Shown here: piece by piece, positions 54,135 through 56,357 of the stretch
Numbering within the stretch: position 1 is the stretch's first letter
Layout of the letters: every line of letters begins with the position of its first letter
Assembly: GCF_001194135.2 (NCBI RefSeq)
Contig: NC_068999.1
Span: 1,056,106 to 1,112,462 of the forward strand
DNA length: 56,357 bases
From: Octopus bimaculoides
Lineage: Eukaryota
Direction: 5' to 3'
Made by a program: the position numbers and the translations under genes
The notes under the pieces: model-generated
Database searches by the model: none
The model's input: only the letters and a program-made list of their open reading frames with translations
Told to the model about the DNA's origin: nothing

Positions 54135-55233
54135 CAGCAACAATGATAGTAAGAATAGCAATAAGATTAGAAACAATAATAATAAAAACAATAACAATAA
54201 ACATAGTAATAATAATAATTACATTAGGAAAAGCAATATATCGCATTGCTTCCATAGCTGGATTTGATGTGGAAGATGCTGTGATAGNNNNNNNNNNNNN
54301 NNNNNNNNNNNNNNNNNNNNNNNNNNNNNNNNNNNNNNNNNNNNNNNNNNNNNNNNNNNNNNNNNNNNNNNNNNNNNNNNNNNNNNNNNNNNNNNNNNNN
54401 NNNNNNNNNNNNNNNNNNNNNNNNNNNNNNNNNNNNNNNNNNNNNNNNNNNNNNNNNNNNNNNNNNNNNNNNNNNNNNNNNNNNNNNNNNNNNNNNNNNN
54501 NNNNNNNNNNNNNNNNNNNNNNNNNNNNNNNNNNNNNNNNNNNNNNNNNNNNNNNNNNNNNNNNNNNNNNNNNNNNNNNNNNNNNNNNNNNNNNNNNNNN
54601 NNNNNNNNNNNNNNNNNNNNNNNNNNNNNNNNNNNNNNNNNNNNNNNNNNNNNNNNNNNNNNNNNNNNNNNNNNNNNNNNNNNNNNNNNNNNNNNNNNNN
54701 NNNNNNNNNNNNNNNNNNNNNNNNNNNNNNNNNNNNNNNNNNNNNNNNNNNNNNNNNNNNNNNNNNNNNNNNNNNNNNNNNNNNNNNNNNNNNNNNNNNN
54801 NNNNNNNNNNNNNNNNNNNNNNNNNNNNNNNNNNNNNNNNNNNNNNNNNNNNNNNNNNNNNNNNNNNNNNNNNNNNNNNNNNNNNNNNNNNNNNNNNNNN
54901 NNNNNNNNNNNNNNNNNNNNNNNNNNNNNNNNNNNNNNNNNNNNNNNNNNNNNNNNNNNNNNNNNNNNNNNNNNNNNNNNNNNNNNNNNNNNNNNNNNNN
55001 NNNNNNNNNNNNNNNNNNNNNNNNNNNNNNNNNNNNNNNNNNNNNNNNNNNNNNNNNNNNNNNNNNNNNNNNNNNNNNNNNNNNNNNNNNNNNNNNNNNN
55101 NNNNNNNNNNNNNNNNNNNNNNNNNNNNNNNNNNNNNNNNNNNNNNNNNNNNNNNNNNNNNNNNNNNNNNNNNNNNNNNNNNNNNNNNNNNNNNNNNNNN
55201 NNNNNNNNNNNNNNNNNNNNNNNNNNNNNNNNN

Positions 55234-55269
<36 letters not shown>

Positions 55270-55757
55270 GTGATAAACGTGGATATATTATATACATATT
55301 GCATGTATGCAATCGTCTATGAGTGCATTGAGATTCACAGAAGCTCCTGCTGTTGGTGGTTCACTGGATTACTTCCGTGTGTTGTACAGTCACAGTTGGA
55401 TGTCCCTTTAGGTAACCGGTACCCTCATTTCTATTGCTCTATGTGCACACACTTATGTAAAAATACTTAAGTACATGTGTATGTATGTATGTTTAAGTGT
55501 GTGTGTGTGTGTATGTATGTGTATATATTTACTCATACAAATACATATATCCCAAAATGGAGATAGGTAGTGAGTGCTTAGAGCGGGACACATGGGAGTT
55601 AAAATGCAAGGTTGTATAACATTTTTCCAACTGTTATGCAATCTTTTCAGCATTTTGATGAAATGCCTGTATATCTTAGAAAGCGCTGAATACAAAACCA
55701 CTTTTCTTATAATTACATAGAAATGTACGTCTCACTCCCACTCTCTCTTCCCTTGTA

Positions 55758-55824
<67 letters not shown>

Positions 55825-56357
55825 NNNNNNNNNNTATATATATGTGTCTGTGTGTGTGTGTGAGTGTGTGTGTGTGTGTATGCACTCATATGTGTGTCGG
55901 GGGTGGATTTGGTTTATTTGTGTGTATGTGTTTATATATTCATCTATGACAATATAATTGCCCAAAAAAGAATGGAAGTGTGTGACTAAGGGTGATCACT
56001 GAAGATAGTAAACTTTCGTTACTCAAAGATCGCAACGTTGGATATAGCAAAAACAATAAGATATATGTATTTATCTAAATGATTAAGTGGTGCTGGTGGG
56101 GGTGGGGGGATTCATCTCAATTTTTAGCGGTTACCGTAACTAAATTCTTTCTTTCTTCAAAATAATGTTCTTACCAATCTTGCTTCCTATAAAAATATTA
56201 CTCTTATCTAGAAGTTATTTTGCTGTTTGTCTTGCCTCTTTATATTCATTGTAAATACACCCACATTTACGATGTATGTATTTGTATATGTATATGTATA
56301 TGATTATATGCATACATATATAGATATATTTCTTTATATATATATATATATATATAT

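Noticed and set aside
56090-56110. G-rich runs as possible G-quadruplexes (also about 16065-16080 and 49965-49975)
   Set aside because: The runs are short, have too few or irregular G-tracts, and show no functional context.

Overview
This is a eukaryotic, AT-rich, microsatellite-saturated draft-assembly window with about 12% N in 16 gaps. Its SINE repertoire and simple-repeat load suggest an octopod cephalopod; this is an inference from recalled repeat families, not a database match. Almost every ORF in the supplied track is an artefact of microsatellites or N runs. The identifiable content is decayed transposons: a mariner transposase remnant and a mariner end, three R4/Dong-like RLE retrotransposon 3' fragments, Penelope-like fragments, an RTE endonuclease fragment, a hAT-like MITE and about 15 tRNA-derived SINE copies from three families. 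There is also evidence for a spliced protein-coding gene on the minus strand that the ORF track misses: two short in-phase exons at 29445-29518 and 29184-29249 whose peptide resembles the start of a PLC-type PH domain, plus weaker candidate exons. A non-repetitive block at 13550-13950 carries branch-point, polypyrimidine and ACTAAC/TGCATG motifs around a possible microexon. No intact gene, rRNA, true tRNA, CRISPR array or demonstrably new biological system is supported by the sequence alone.
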